Below the pieces are notes generated by a model. It did no database searches. It had not been told where the DNA came from and saw only the letters and a program-made list of their open reading frames with translations. From Moniliella sp. 'wahieum' (lineage: Eukaryota), in assembly GCA_003971905.1 (NCBI GenBank), contig RSEE01000079.1:186001-250000 (forward strand): a stretch of DNA of 64,000 nt. Reading direction: 5' to 3'. Made by a program: the position numbers and the translations under genes. The first letter of the stretch is position 1. Each line of letters opens with the position of its first letter. Shown piece by piece: positions 52,508 through 64,000 of the stretch.

Positions 52508-53820
52508 ATGGCCGAACTACAGTACACCAACAACACCAACCCTTCCCAACAATTGCCGACTTGCCGAAAGAGTTGCAGCCAATTGTCGCGTTCCAGACGC
52601 TAGTTCGTACGACGGGGCGATCACCTGGTGGGTATGCTCTTTGTTGGCGGTTGTGTGTTTTGGGACGTCGTCGTCAGCTTTCCGTCAGACTGGAAATACA
52701 TATACGGTCCCGAGTGGCGACGGATCAAGCAGACGGTGCAACAACGCAAACACTGCAGTCGTTTGACAAAGCTGAAGGCCTTCATTCCTACCCCAGCCGC
52801 ATTCTGTCATATCCTTGCCCGTCTTCTCACCTTCCCAATGTTTGGACTTGCGTTCGCATACTACCGCAACCCATCAAGTTGCCAAGGAGGTATGCATGTG
52901 TGCCGTTTTGCTATCCTCTCACATCCAGGCTTCCCTGACTCCTGTCTCTGACTCCATCACTGCAGACCTTTCCGCCTACATTGCTCTCTTGGCGGTCAGC
53001 AACATCAACGCCCAAATCATTTTTACACTACGCACCTATGCAATCACCAGGACGGTTCCCTACAGCAAAGTTTTATCTGTTTTTCTAGGGCTCGGTACTC
53101 GGCACGGCTGATGGCTTGGATGGGTGGAGGGTCCGGGTCATACGTAAGTAAACCCTCTTCCCCATTGCGCATTTGTTTCTCTTCATGCTCTAATCTGTCT
53201 CTATTAGCTGGCCAAATGGAGTGACCATGCCTCTCAACTTCCGTATAGGCATGCGCTGCGGCGCTCTGCAATCGGGTATTTGGGGCCCGTGGTGGTTTAT
53301 CTCTTCTCATTTATCGGTGACGTTGTTATGCTGTCACGACGTGCGCGATGATGTGGAATTTATACGTCCAGAGGAACGGTGACGGATCGAAAAGCAACCT
53401 CAGGGGGAGGACGAGGCGATTTGTCCATCTCACCTTGGTGGCCAGTTCCTTTTTGACGCGTTCCGGTACTTTGGAATTGCCGTGGCGGTCGAAAGTGTGG
53501 GCCTGGCATTGAGTTGGATCTATCTCCATCGTACTCATCCTGCCAACAACGCGCTCAGCGGAGTGGCACTCCACTTCATGCTTTGATCAGCCTCGCGGTT
53601 GCGCCTCGGTGCGTTGTCAACCTGCGTAGGGCTGGGGCAAAAAACCCATGGAGCCGACGAGTTTCTCGAACAACCCAATACCGATACCTACTCTCTCCAG
53701 GAGGGAGGACGCACCATCCCTGTTGATACGAGTTCAACACATCTCGATTCCTCACCGGAGATGGATCTGGAAAAACTTCCATCTCAATATGAGGGGGAAT
53801 GGACGTCCCCTCCCCATTAA
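52508..53820 (+). CDS. DUF6533-type multi-pass membrane protein, paralog 1
   Basis: VFWDVVVSFPSDWKYIY, AQIIFTLRTYAIT, FLFDAFRYFG, LISLAVAP..VVNLRR; colinear with 55545-56934. Confidence 0.7.
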
Positions 53821-54924
53821 ATAAAGCGGTCAGTCCTCTAACTTGCCCCCTGGGCCAAGTCCGCGAGGACACGCCTTCGCCGCATACGCGCCTGAGTCTC
53901 TCCGTCCGGAGCTGGTACGCGTTGACGATCTGTCCCGCCCCTCTACCATACGATTACGATATTTTTGTGAAACGAAATAATGTCTTGCAACTCCCCCACA
54001 GCTGTACTTTTTCAAAAGCTTTTAGCGTGAAGGTTCATATCAAGTCAGATGGGTGGCAGGCGTTAAACGTTAAGCCTTTGGTGTGACTGGGTCCATGGCA
54101 ACCTGGTCGTCTTTCTGAAGTTGAACCCTGAAGACAGAGAGGATTAACACCTGGTGTGTGTAACGCGTATATTGTGGTGCAAGGGCAGTAACTGTATACT
54201 ACCAACGAACGGTCAAAAGCGCGTCAGCGTCGCATGATTTTATATTTCAATCATTCATGGTCGTTGTCTTGGATCCAGTGACCTCTAAGTTGAGAGCCTC
54301 TGGGTCTGGACGTCGCTGTTCTGATCTGACCGTCTCGTTTTCTCGTTTTGAGAATCTCCTCTTACGCCTACTTGTTTTACGTTTCTAGGTGAGTGCGAAG
54401 AACTTGCCCTTTATCTTGGGCAGTTTCTGGTTTAGATTGTTCCCGTTCTTGGCTGAGTCTGGGAACATTTCCGAACTCGGTCTGTCCTCTTTTCTGCGAG
54501 CCACTGATCTCGATTCATTTCCCCCTTTTTCGTTGTGTTGTCTATCTCTTATCGATCCTGCCTGTATGACCCGTGATACATGTCCCTTTCCCCCTAGCGG
54601 GTCATTTCGTCGTTTCCCTGGTCTTATTCGTCTTTTCCTTAGTCTACTTCGTCTTTTCATCTTTGTCCACACTTCGTCTCTTATTCCTCTCTCATTTTTC
54701 GTTTGTAACAACATTCTTTGCAAAAACCCATTCTTGACCCGCTAGGCAACTCCGGCCTTTCTCCTCGTTCACCAGCACACAGCCCCTGCGACCTGCTTCC
54801 AGCGACCACATCTCTTGTGGCTTTTCCGCATCCTTCCGGCTTGGCATCCATTATATCCATTGCCGTCAACTTCCAGTTTTCAGTCTCTTCCTCTGTACAG
54901 ATCCAGTGGCGATCCTACAAGAGT

Positions 54925-55325
54925 TGAGTCACGTACGTTCAACGTTCAACACGTTCAACCCACTTGTGACCCTGAAGGTTTGAGGGCCTAATGGCTTCAA
55001 GCTTCAAGCTTCAGGCGATATAAATACCTCAACATTTCGTCAACATTTCCTGAGGGAGTCACTAGTCACTGTGACACACATGTGACAATCCATGTGACTA
55101 GTGACTAGTGACTTCGGACTAGTGACTGGTGACCGGCCTGAGGCCTGACGGCCTGACCTCTGGCTGGGCTGAGGCGCTGAGGCCTCAACGCCTCAACGCC
55201 TCAGCGTCAAGCTCTTCTTGGTGCTTCAAGCTTCAAGCGTCAAGCTTCAAGCCCTCAAGCCCTCAAGCTTCAAGGGTTACCGGTTACCGGTTACCGTTAA
55301 ACTTAGACGATTAACGTACGTTTAA
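54925..55325. repeat. Palindrome tract upstream of DUF6533 paralog 2 (AACGTT, AAGCTT, ACTAGT, AGGCCT, ACCGGT)
   Basis: gttcaacgttcaac, cttcaagcttcaagcttca, gtgactagtgactagtgac, ggttaccggttaccggttacc. Confidence 0.9.
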
Positions 55326-55544
55326 CGCCAATGTCCCATACACCGATTTTTATATCCTACTTCCCTGTCGTAAAAGCTTGGCTCACAAGCTGGTGAAACT
55401 CTTCCTTTAGCTCAGCCCCGCCCCGGGCAGGACCTGTAACTGATATATCAACCACCCCTCCTCTGATAGTTGTACACACTTTACCTTCAAGGACCTTCCC
55501 CTCGTTCTCCAAAAGAACCACAGGCGTCTGCTGGCTGGCATATC

Positions 55545-56934
55545 ATGGCCGAGTTGACTCCTTCTTCCGACATCCTCCAGATGGGCGATTTGCCTGAGGA
55601 ACTACAGCCGTTGTTATCCCTCCAGGACAGACAATCATACGAGGGAGCATTGTCATGGTGGATATCCCTCTTCATTGCCGGCTGCGTCATTTGGGACTTG
55701 CTGGTGAGCTTTCCATCGGACTGGAAGTATGTGTACTACGCCGAGTGGAAACGAATCCAACGCCAGGTCAGTCAACAAAAGCGGCCGTCATTTTGGATGA
55801 AAGTCGACGCATACGCCCCCTCTCCCGCTGGCTTCTGCCACATGCTGGCTCGTCTGATTACTATTCCCTTGTTCACCTTGGCATTCATATTCTACCGCCA
55901 TCCTTCGAATTGCCAAACATGTATGTCCGTCTCTTTATCCCCTTCCCCGTGAGAGAGTACCGATATTCTTGTCGTGGTCCTATTCTGCATCCCTGCTGAC
56001 ACCCACACTCCCAGTTCTTACGGGCTACATTTCACTCTTGGCCGTTAGCGTCATCAACGCTCAAGTAATCTTCACTCTCCGCACATATTCTATTACTCGG
56101 ACGATTCCTTACTCCAAGGTTCTCGGTGTCATTCTTTGGCTCTTGGTCGTCGGCACTGCAGCATCCTGGATTGGATGGGTGGCTTCGGTTCGTGTTGAAT
56201 TGTACGCTCTCCCCCCTCCACACACATGTCGCCTCCTCCTATTAACTCTTTGTATCTCTCGGTTGTCTATCGTATCATGGTAGTTGGCCAGGCGGTGGAT
56301 CTGTACCTCTCAACTTTCGTGTGGGCATGCGTTGTGGCGCTCTTCAATCTGGTATTTGGTGGCCCGTGGTAATTTACCTCCTGGCGTTTATCAGCGACAC
56401 AATCATGCTGCTCACCACGTGCGCGATGATGTGGACATTCTACCCAAGGTGGACGGTTCGGAATCGAACAGCAGCATTAGGGCATACGTGAGGAGGCGCA
56501 TTGCCCATCTCAGTCCCGTCAGCGGTCAGTTCCTCTTTGACACAATTCGGTACTTTGGTTTTGCTGTGGCGGTAGAAAGTGTGGGTCTAGCCCTGACCTG
56601 GATCTACCTCCACCGCAGGGATCCGCCTAACAATGCCTTGAGCGCACTGCCTTTGCCATTGCATGCCCTGCTAAGCCTTGCGGTCGCACCACGATACATG
56701 GTCAACCTGCGAAGAGCAGGGCAAAACCGGAACAAACATCAACCCCGCCGTGACATCTTACTACCCGACCCACACATCCTCCCCATCGACATTGAGGTAC
56801 AGCGCATACCGATCCCTGATGAACCGGATCCGGACAAAGTATCACTCCCTCCCGCATGGCAATCCCAGTCCCGTTGGAGCACGATCCCAACTCCCAAACT
56901 CCACACCTTGGCACTTCCCCCACATCTTCCGTAG
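55545..56934 (+). CDS. DUF6533-type multi-pass membrane protein, paralog 2
   Basis: CVIWDLLVSFPSDWKYVY, AQVIFTLRTYSIT, FLFDTIRYFG, LLSLAVAPRYMVNLRR (typical basidiomycete DUF6533 family motifs). Confidence 0.72.
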
Positions 56935-58466
56935 TATGCCTCCCACCGACGACTTCTTTCAGGATGAAATGTGCCGGGATAAACGAGCAAAACATTTCTT
57001 GTAACGTCTTGTCCGGTTCGAATCGCAATATACTGTGGGGCTTGAAAGGGAAGAGAGGAGGGGGAAGACAAATCCGTAGTAAAGAAGGAACATCTTTTAC
57101 GAAAGGAACTCCCAGGAAAAGTCTCATTGGGTAAACGGTACAAAACGTTCACAGCGCCCGTGGAATGCTTCTCACAAGACTGTCACCCTCATTCGTACCC
57201 ACTCGCGGCCATATCCCCGTTTGGAGCAAATGGCGAGGGCCAAAGGGTCCTGAGCTGTTGACGACAAAAACACTGGTCTTCTGATGGGGTTGGCACGGGC
57301 AAAGGGCACGCGCAGTATGAGATCGAGCCCAGAAGGAGGGTGTGTGTATTTGTGCCTGTCATTAATAGTACTAGTTAGGTAAGGTCAATATGGTTCAAGA
57401 ATAACGCCCACCCCGACAGCGGCAGTTTCTGGAGATACGCGGAGCAATGACTGTAGCGAAGACTTTGTTTGCTAAATGCATGCTGATCTTCTTGCTGTAG
57501 AGGCTTCCCATCCACTAACTTGAAATGACCTGTGCACATAACGTCATCGTTTGCACATCGATCCTCGACTACCACCGAAGGTGATCGACAATGAGGTCAG
57601 GCCTGCAGAATTTTCTTGGCGGACAAGGAAAAAAGCCCTAGCGATTCATCATTTTGTGCACCCATCTCCCACACCCATTCCCCATTCTCAGACTCCCCCC
57701 ATCCCCGCCCTAGGAAGCAGTAATACGCGATTGCATCATCTCAGGAACAAAAGCTCAGCCTGAGCCACCATTCATTGAGTTTACCCTCCTCCATGAGCTC
57801 AGGGTGAACAGTACGCCTGGACCCAAACACGTACCCCTCTTTTTCCCACCAATAATAGTCTCATTACTGTAGTAATCATGAGAAGAAGTGTCGGCCACAG
57901 GTTTTTTACTGCTGATTCCAACCCTCTAAAAACCGTTACTGGGTTGGAGTAGTTTCATGGGGGAAGCAGATACAGAGATGAAGACGGAGGGCGAAACGAA
58001 ACCGAAGAGGCGGAGACAGGCTGAAGGCAAGGAAAACTGGACAGTTGTCCTGGGCGTTGTTCACAGAGACATTTTACACGCCAGTCGGGTGTTTCTGTCT
58101 TTGCCCGGTTACTATAACCCATGGCAGCTGTTTTCTGATACTCGGTCTTATGATTTGCCGTTATGTATAAGCTGCACAATGACTGAGGGGTTGAAAGAGG
58201 CTCATGCGGTTGAAAGAGGCTCATGCTTCGTGTCCGTCTTGTCCGTTCAGGGGCATGCCTTCCACTCTAGTATCTGTTGTGCAAGGATCAGACGCTGTCT
58301 AACTGGGTCTGAGACCTGGCAGTGCTCCCAGATCTCACGGCTCACCGCGTTGTTACTCTCTCTCGACTGGGCGTACTGGATTAAATTAACTCCTAACCAC
58401 TACGTATCACATCGAGATGATGGTGAATCAAACTAAGGGCATCAATGGGATTGACTCGGAATGCAC

Positions 58467-58721
58467 TTAGAGAGCACCCGACTGGTCGATCTTGATGGTG
58501 CCGTTGGTCTTGCCTGAACCCGAGCCGTACGACTCAACCTTCTTGACAACATCGAAACCCTCGATCACCTCACCGAAAACGACGTGCTTGCCGTCGAGCC
58601 ACGGGGTGGGAACAGTGGTGATGAAGAACTGCGAGCCGTTCGTGTTGGGACCAGCGTTGGCCATCGAAAGAAGACCAGGCTTGGTGTGCTTGAACTTGAA
58701 GTTCTCGTCGGGGAACTTGGC

Positions 58722-58752
<31 letters not shown>

Positions 58753-58955
58753 CCAGCAGTGAAGTCACCGCCCTGGAGCATGAACTGGGGAATGACACGG
58801 TGGAACGTCGAGCCGGCGTAGCCGTAGCCGTGCTGGCCAGTGCTCAGCTCGAGGAAGTTCTTGGCCGTCTTGGGGACGTCAGCATCGTACAGCTGGAAGA
58901 CGACACGGCCAAGAGGGGAGCCGTTGCGGGAGATGTCGAAAAAGACCTTAGACAT
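58467..58955 (-). CDS. CPR1: Cyclophilin A peptidyl-prolyl isomerase, intronless, 162 aa
   Basis: MSKVFFDI...VPKTAKNF...[27 protein letters not shown]...[28 protein letters not shown]. Confidence 0.97.
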
Positions 58956-59409
58956 GATCTGCGCCAAGTTAGCCCGAGCTCCAATTTGAAGACGAACGAG
59001 GGAAAGCGTACGAGAAGAGTGGATCCGGGTAGACTCGGGTGGGGGCAAGCAAACGAACACCCCGCCAGCGGGGCTATTTAAGCACGGGTCCAAGAAGGAG
59101 TGTGCGAAGGCCGTGCGCAACCCTACCAGAAGACGCGCATGAACGAGGCAGGCCCAGACGCTGATCGAACACCCACGATCGGCCTCACTGGCTCAAGCGC
59201 CACGTATACTGCGCCCCTGCGAGGGCAGGCACATCATGCATCATGCATCACGCCAGCCCTCCGCAATGCGGCGAAGGGAGAGCGGCACACACTGGGCCCC
59301 CGCCGTGTCCAACATGGCTTCGGCCTGCTTCGACCAGATACCATCCCGCGCGCCAACGTGACTCAGTTAGCTGCGCACGGACTTTTGCGGGCGCCCGTCC
59401 CGATGAGCG

Positions 59410-59600
59410 CACGTGACGCGTGACGTGTAATACTGCTCGATCACTGATCACTCACTCGCCGCTCAGCCTGAGCGCTCCTGAGCTGCTCACCAGCTACTCA
59501 GTACTCAGTCTGAGCGCTGAGTGAAAGCTCACCTGAGCCTCAGAGTTCAGGGCGCTCAGGCCCTCTTCAAGCTTCCGGGCTCAGATGTCGATGAGCCTCA
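59410..59600. repeat. Palindrome tract upstream of cyclophilin (ACGCGT, AGCGCT, AGTACT)
   Basis: acgtgacgcgtgacgtg, ctgagcgctc, tactcagtactcagt, tgagcgctgag. Confidence 0.75.
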
Positions 59601-60268
59601 TCGTTGAGCGCGCGGCTGTGCTCTCACAGAGCCAGAGCGTCCAACGGAATACTACCTACCTGGACTACTTGTCGGAGGCTCAAGCCGTAAGGAACTCCGC
59701 TGCACGAGATTCAACGACAGCCAGGCGCCCTTGTCTCACCCTCTTTCTGTAGAGTATGATTTCACGGCAATCGAGTTCATAATTCGCCTATGACCGAATG
59801 ACCAGAGACGCGTAGCCACTATATGCACCGAGCTTGGACGAAAGGAGCAACAGCTGCAGGATCGCAGTCTAACACCCCACACGAACAAAGATGCGTAAAC
59901 GTTAAACTCCATTGTGGTCCGGCCAAACCAGCCCCAGGGTCGAGTTCTTGGCGTGAGCGCACCTTACTGGCACAGATTACCATGTATTAGGCTATGCCTG
60001 ACTCCAAAACCGGCGACCCGCCCTTCATTGCAGACGATACACAATCATCTATCGACGGGGAACGAGGACAACTCTTAAGTGGATGGCATAGTAGCTTGAT
60101 TGGCGACTGTCACTAGGCATGCATTGCTGAACTGAACATCTCGATGATCTGCTTGCCGGTCTCCGCTTATCAGGAGTCGCAATGCATGATCTCGGTGTAC
60201 AATGCCAATGGGAGCAGAACATCCAATAGAAATAATGACCCAGGTCCCTTGATCGACAATGGCTTAGT

Positions 60269-62833
60269 TTAGGTATCTTTCTTTTTGGTAACGCGGTACA
60301 GCGATGGGAAGATCCAGCCGCCGCCCAAGATGCCGTAGGCGGAGGGGCCGATGCGCCAGACCTCCGGCCCCTGTTTGATGGATTCGATTACAAGGGCCAG
60401 ACTGATGACCAGATTCCATGCGCCGACGGCAGTGAAGAAGTGCCAGATGGCGTGCCCTTGGAGTAGAAGGGCGAGGTAGGAGAGATGATGAGCGCGGAGA
60501 AGATTGCGGGTATCGCGCAGGCGCTGGCAAAAGATGTTGTCCAGGTTCCAAATGAAGAACCCGAGAAGGAACATGGCGGCTCCCGTAAAGAGTAGTTTAC
60601 GCGCAACGCGTGTGTGCTGTGCTCCAATGGTGGAGCTTCGGTCCATGGGGGAGTTTGGGCTGTACAACAACCACAGCACCCGGCCAGCCGCCGACAGAAG
60701 CAAGACCGCATACGCTGCAAAGTGTCAGATCCTAGTGCTCATGAGGGGCATACGTGGATAGTAGATAGCTCGAGAGAATAGTATGACGTACCAGCCTGGT
60801 GGAAGACGGGGTGGTTGAGCGCCAGATACGCTAATGGGATGCCAACAGAAGTGCCCACAAAGACGGCAGGCAGCAAGATGGGGTGATGAGGTTTTCCGGT
60901 GCTGGTTTCGAATGCCGAGAAGGCAAACACACTCGCGGCCCAGATCATAGGAATCTCCTAAAAAGATGGTCAGTAATACGAATGAGTACCGCGGCGGATA
61001 GTGCGCGCAAAGAGATACGTACATCCATCATCTGGGCGGAGTACTTGAGCGTGCCATGGAATGCAACTGAGCCCAAACCCACGACCGCCAAGGCTGGAAG
61101 GGATCATGAAAAGTGGTTAGGACACTAATTCGCTGGCGAGATGTGGGACATACCAATAGAACCGAGCATGAAGCGCTTTTGCATCCTGTTCTGCTGCACC
61201 AATCGTGCTCCGTACCACCCGAGGTAGACGAAAATCATGCTGCTCAGCGTGTTGATTGGCTCGGCGACCCAGCGGGACCATTGGTACTTCTCCTCGCACC
61301 AATACAGCGTGCTGTCCAGCGGTCAGTAACTAGCGATGGCGAACGAGAGAGGATAGGATGGGGAAGGGAAAGGGGACTCGCCATTGTTGACTGTGATCCT
61401 CTGGCTCCCAGTCGGTAGACCAGGTTCGCCTCGGTTCCATCGGCTTCCACGCTGACGTCCCTGCGTGTCACTGTCCCTGTGCCCTGCACTCTCTCCTGTG
61501 TGACTCACTGTCCCTGTGCCTAGTCCAGCCTCCTATATAGATGCCTCTGTACCCAGACCCAACTCTGGCTCCAATCCATCACCTTCTCCTCATCCTTCTG
61601 CCCGTCCGGCTCCCTAGGCCAACAGAGCTACAATCTGATCCCCCCGGAAGGGGAGCGCTCTTCAAGCAAGCCCACCCCCAAGCCTACAAGCCCAAGCTAA
61701 GCCGCCAAGCCCACAAGACACACCCGTCCTCCCGCCCAACAACACCACCGCCACAATCGGCACCTTACCGCCACAATCGGCATACTACCGCCACAATCGG
61801 CATACTACCGCCACAATCGGCACACTCGTCCCCCACAGATGGGGCAATGATTTTTAGGGACAACACACGACGGAACAAAACGTGTCGGGTATCGTCAACG
61901 AGACGAAATTCCTCCAACGACAAAACGGCGCAGGCGAATCGCAGAAAGCGGGGGTGGCTGCTCATCAAGTGCCCCACCCACGGCTACACGCCCCGGATTG
62001 CCAATTCATCCGGGGCACCTGGGGAAAGGAGGGGGGGTGGTCACCCAACTTCTTCCACTCCTCTTTTTCAACAACAAAGAGAACCCAAACAGATCAAGAC
62101 GGTTGACGCATAGCGCCCGTTCATTTCCCATGCCCAATGGACCCCACTGGCACCAGGCATGCGGAACCAAACAACTACCAAACGCATCCAATTTTGATGC
62201 CAAACGACCTTGGACCGCATTTACTCCAAGTTTCCAATTTTCTTTCACACCTATAACTGGTGCTTTTTACTTTTGCCCACCAAATCGCTTCGGGGCGCAA
62301 CCCCTACTACTTTTACTTCTAAGACTTCTACAAGCATCTGGCGGTCGCACAATACACCAACCACAAGCGCTCGGCTCGTTCAGGTGTCATCCTGGACAGC
62401 GGGGTGTAGGCCAGTCGTGTGGCCATGCAACTCCAGGCCATTCGTCCCGGTTGCCACTCAAGTCCTCCCCTCTACATCCACTGGCAGGAGCTCATCCCAC
62501 AACCGATGTCTCCGGGTTCCCTGGCCAGCGGGGGTGTTGACTGTGATCCTCTGGCTCCCAGTCGGTAGACCAGGTTCGCCTCGGTTCCATCGGCTTCCAC
62601 GCTGACGTCCCTGCGTGTCACTGTCCCTGTGCCCTGCACTCTCTCCTGTGTGACTCACTGTCCCTGTGCCTAGTCCAGCCTCCTATAGATGCCTCTGTAC
62701 CCAGACCCAACTCTGGCTCCAATCCATCACCTTCTCCTCATCCTTCTGCCCGTCCGGCTCCCTAGGCCAACAGCCATGTGATGTCGCCCCATGCGCCGCG
62801 GGGCAGAGGATCGTCTCGAGCGATGAAGGCCAT
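60269..62833 (-). CDS. Alkaline ceramidase (YPC1/YDC1, CREST family), interrupted by an LTR element at the first splice donor
   Basis: Exon 1 MAFIARDDPLPRGAWGDIT (62833-62775) joins (C)TLYWCEEKY..AEPINTLS after a GC-AG intron (61381-61312); VGLGSVAFHGTLKY.AQMMD/EIPMIW; IWNLDNIFC; GHAIWH. Confidence 0.85.
61385..62772 (+). mobile_element. Non-autonomous LTR retroelement (TRIM-like), 1388 bp, TSD GCCAT
   Basis: LTRs 61385-61624 and 62535-62772 (TGTTG..CAACA) differ visibly only by a TA indel; G-rich PPT before the 3' LTR; GCCAT on both flanks; no RT/integrase ORF inside. Confidence 0.93.
61747..61826 (+). repeat. 20-bp minisatellite x4 inside the LTR element
   Basis: accgccacaatcggcatact and variants, four copies. 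Confidence 0.9.
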
Positions 62834-63309
62834 AGTGAGGGGTGGTTAAACGTTAACGACAGGTCGGGGGGCAGAACGAAGAGCCACAGGACGGTGGAGT
62901 TGGAAGTAATAGCGCAACGAGAAATGGAATGGTATCCATTGCCGCGTTATTGGTTGCGGAAGCTGGGCCACCTTGTGCATTTCCGACAGAGAATCGAGGC
63001 CCGAAGACCGAGCACACGGTAGATTATGGAAGATCCCTGCACGCTTCAACGCTACTGCCTAGTCTGGCAGGGCCCACACGTAAGCACCCTTATATATCCT
63101 CCCGTTTGTCCTTGGCGCTTGAAGCTTGAACATTAAAACACTGCCGCCCAGTATCGATCCAGTATCCCCTCGATAGTGGGTCCCACCCGATGCGTGCCAG
63201 GGTACAACAGGGTACAACTCGGGAGTACTCGGGGATCTACCCAGTGGATCGACTGCGGAGCAACCTCCAAGCTTCAGATCCAGACAAGGCGAGGGGGTCA
63301 AGTGCTCCA

Positions 63310-63520
63310 GTCTAGTGAGTGCTAAGCGCAAGCTGAGCCTCGCTAGTGCTGCTCAGCCTGAGCGCAGTGACTAGTGACTAGCTCAGTGACTAGTGAGCCG
63401 CTCAGACGTACTGAGCTGAGCTTCAGCGCTGAGCCGCTGAGCGCTCGCGGTGATCGACGTTGATCGATGATCGACCCTCAGGCCCTGAGGCCTGAGGCTC
63501 AGCGCGCGCGCGCCTCGGCG
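63310..63520. repeat. Palindrome tract upstream of the ceramidase (ACTAGT, AGCGCT, ATCGAT, AGGCCT)
   Basis: gtgactagtgactag, cagcgctgag, gatcgatgatcga, ctgaggcctgagg. Confidence 0.85.
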
Positions 63521-63543
63521 AGGCCCACCCAAGTCTTCAAGCA

Positions 63544-63823
63544 CTAGAAGACCACCGGGCCTACGGCCCGGTCAGCTGGGGCTTCCCCAGCTTGGTCCTT
63601 GGTGCACCGTCGCCACCGTAGCCACCGTTCCCCCGTCGCCACCTTAGCCACCTTTCCACTGTTCCACGCTGGAGGAATTTTATCACCCATGTGCATGGCT
63701 GAGCACGCGGGGGTGGGGTGCGCATTCCGCCCGCCAAACAAATAGGTAAGCATGACGTAAAGAAAAAAGGGGGTCTGCGATATAAAAAGGGAGATGAAGT
63801 GGTGAGCACAAGTCTTCAAGCAC
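63544..63823 (-). mobile_element. Helitron-like 3' terminus, copy 2, in a ~280-bp unit bounded by 15-bp direct repeats
   Basis: CTAG at 63544; hairpins accgggcc-tac-ggcccggt and agctgggg-ctt-ccccagct; caagtcttcaagcac at 63530 and 63809. Confidence 0.55.
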
Positions 63824-64000
63824 GTCTGTGAAGCAGGGCCGGTCCACCCCCCTGGATAAGTTGGAGGTTACCCGTTTCCAGGGCAGCCAGCTGTTCATTT
63901 GTGTCCCCTCACGCGCGCGCCACGTCCCATCCTATTCATTACTGAGGTACTGCGGCCTGAGGTCAGGCCTGACTCAGGTCTGAGGGCCACAATTGCGTCG

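Overview
This is GC-rich eukaryotic DNA from a basidiomycete-type fungus, judged from short GT-AG introns with CTRAC branch sites, the [15 protein letters not shown] actin start, and DUF6533 and multi-DUF3712 proteins. Recognisable genes, in order: an OSCA/CSC1 (DUF221) channel, Tup1, a STE20/PAK-like kinase, an Hcs1/IGHMBP2-like SF1 helicase, a very large multi-DUF3712 membrane protein, an Nrd1/Mrn1-type 4-RRM protein, actin, a RING-PH-vWA (Far1/Ste5-like) protein, Coa1, two tandem DUF6533 membrane-protein paralogs, cyclophilin A and an alkaline ceramidase. Almost every gene, including actin, has 1-2 nt deletions in homopolymers, so most frameshifts are probably long-read assembly errors and gene ends are approximate. 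Mobile DNA: a solo LTR with a TSD and a truncated second copy, a decayed 3.6-kb CACTA/CMC-like TIR element, a 223-bp LTR-like insertion inside an exon, a 1.39-kb non-autonomous LTR element inserted exactly on the ceramidase exon1/intron1 junction, and two Helitron-like CTAG plus hairpin ends. The most unusual signal is in the upstream intergenic DNA. It is built from 7-bp-period arrays of many different 6-bp palindromes that all have the form A-xy-y'x'-T and are joined through T-N-A. These tracts sit 5' of genes and are largely absent from tail-to-tail gaps and from transposon interiors.
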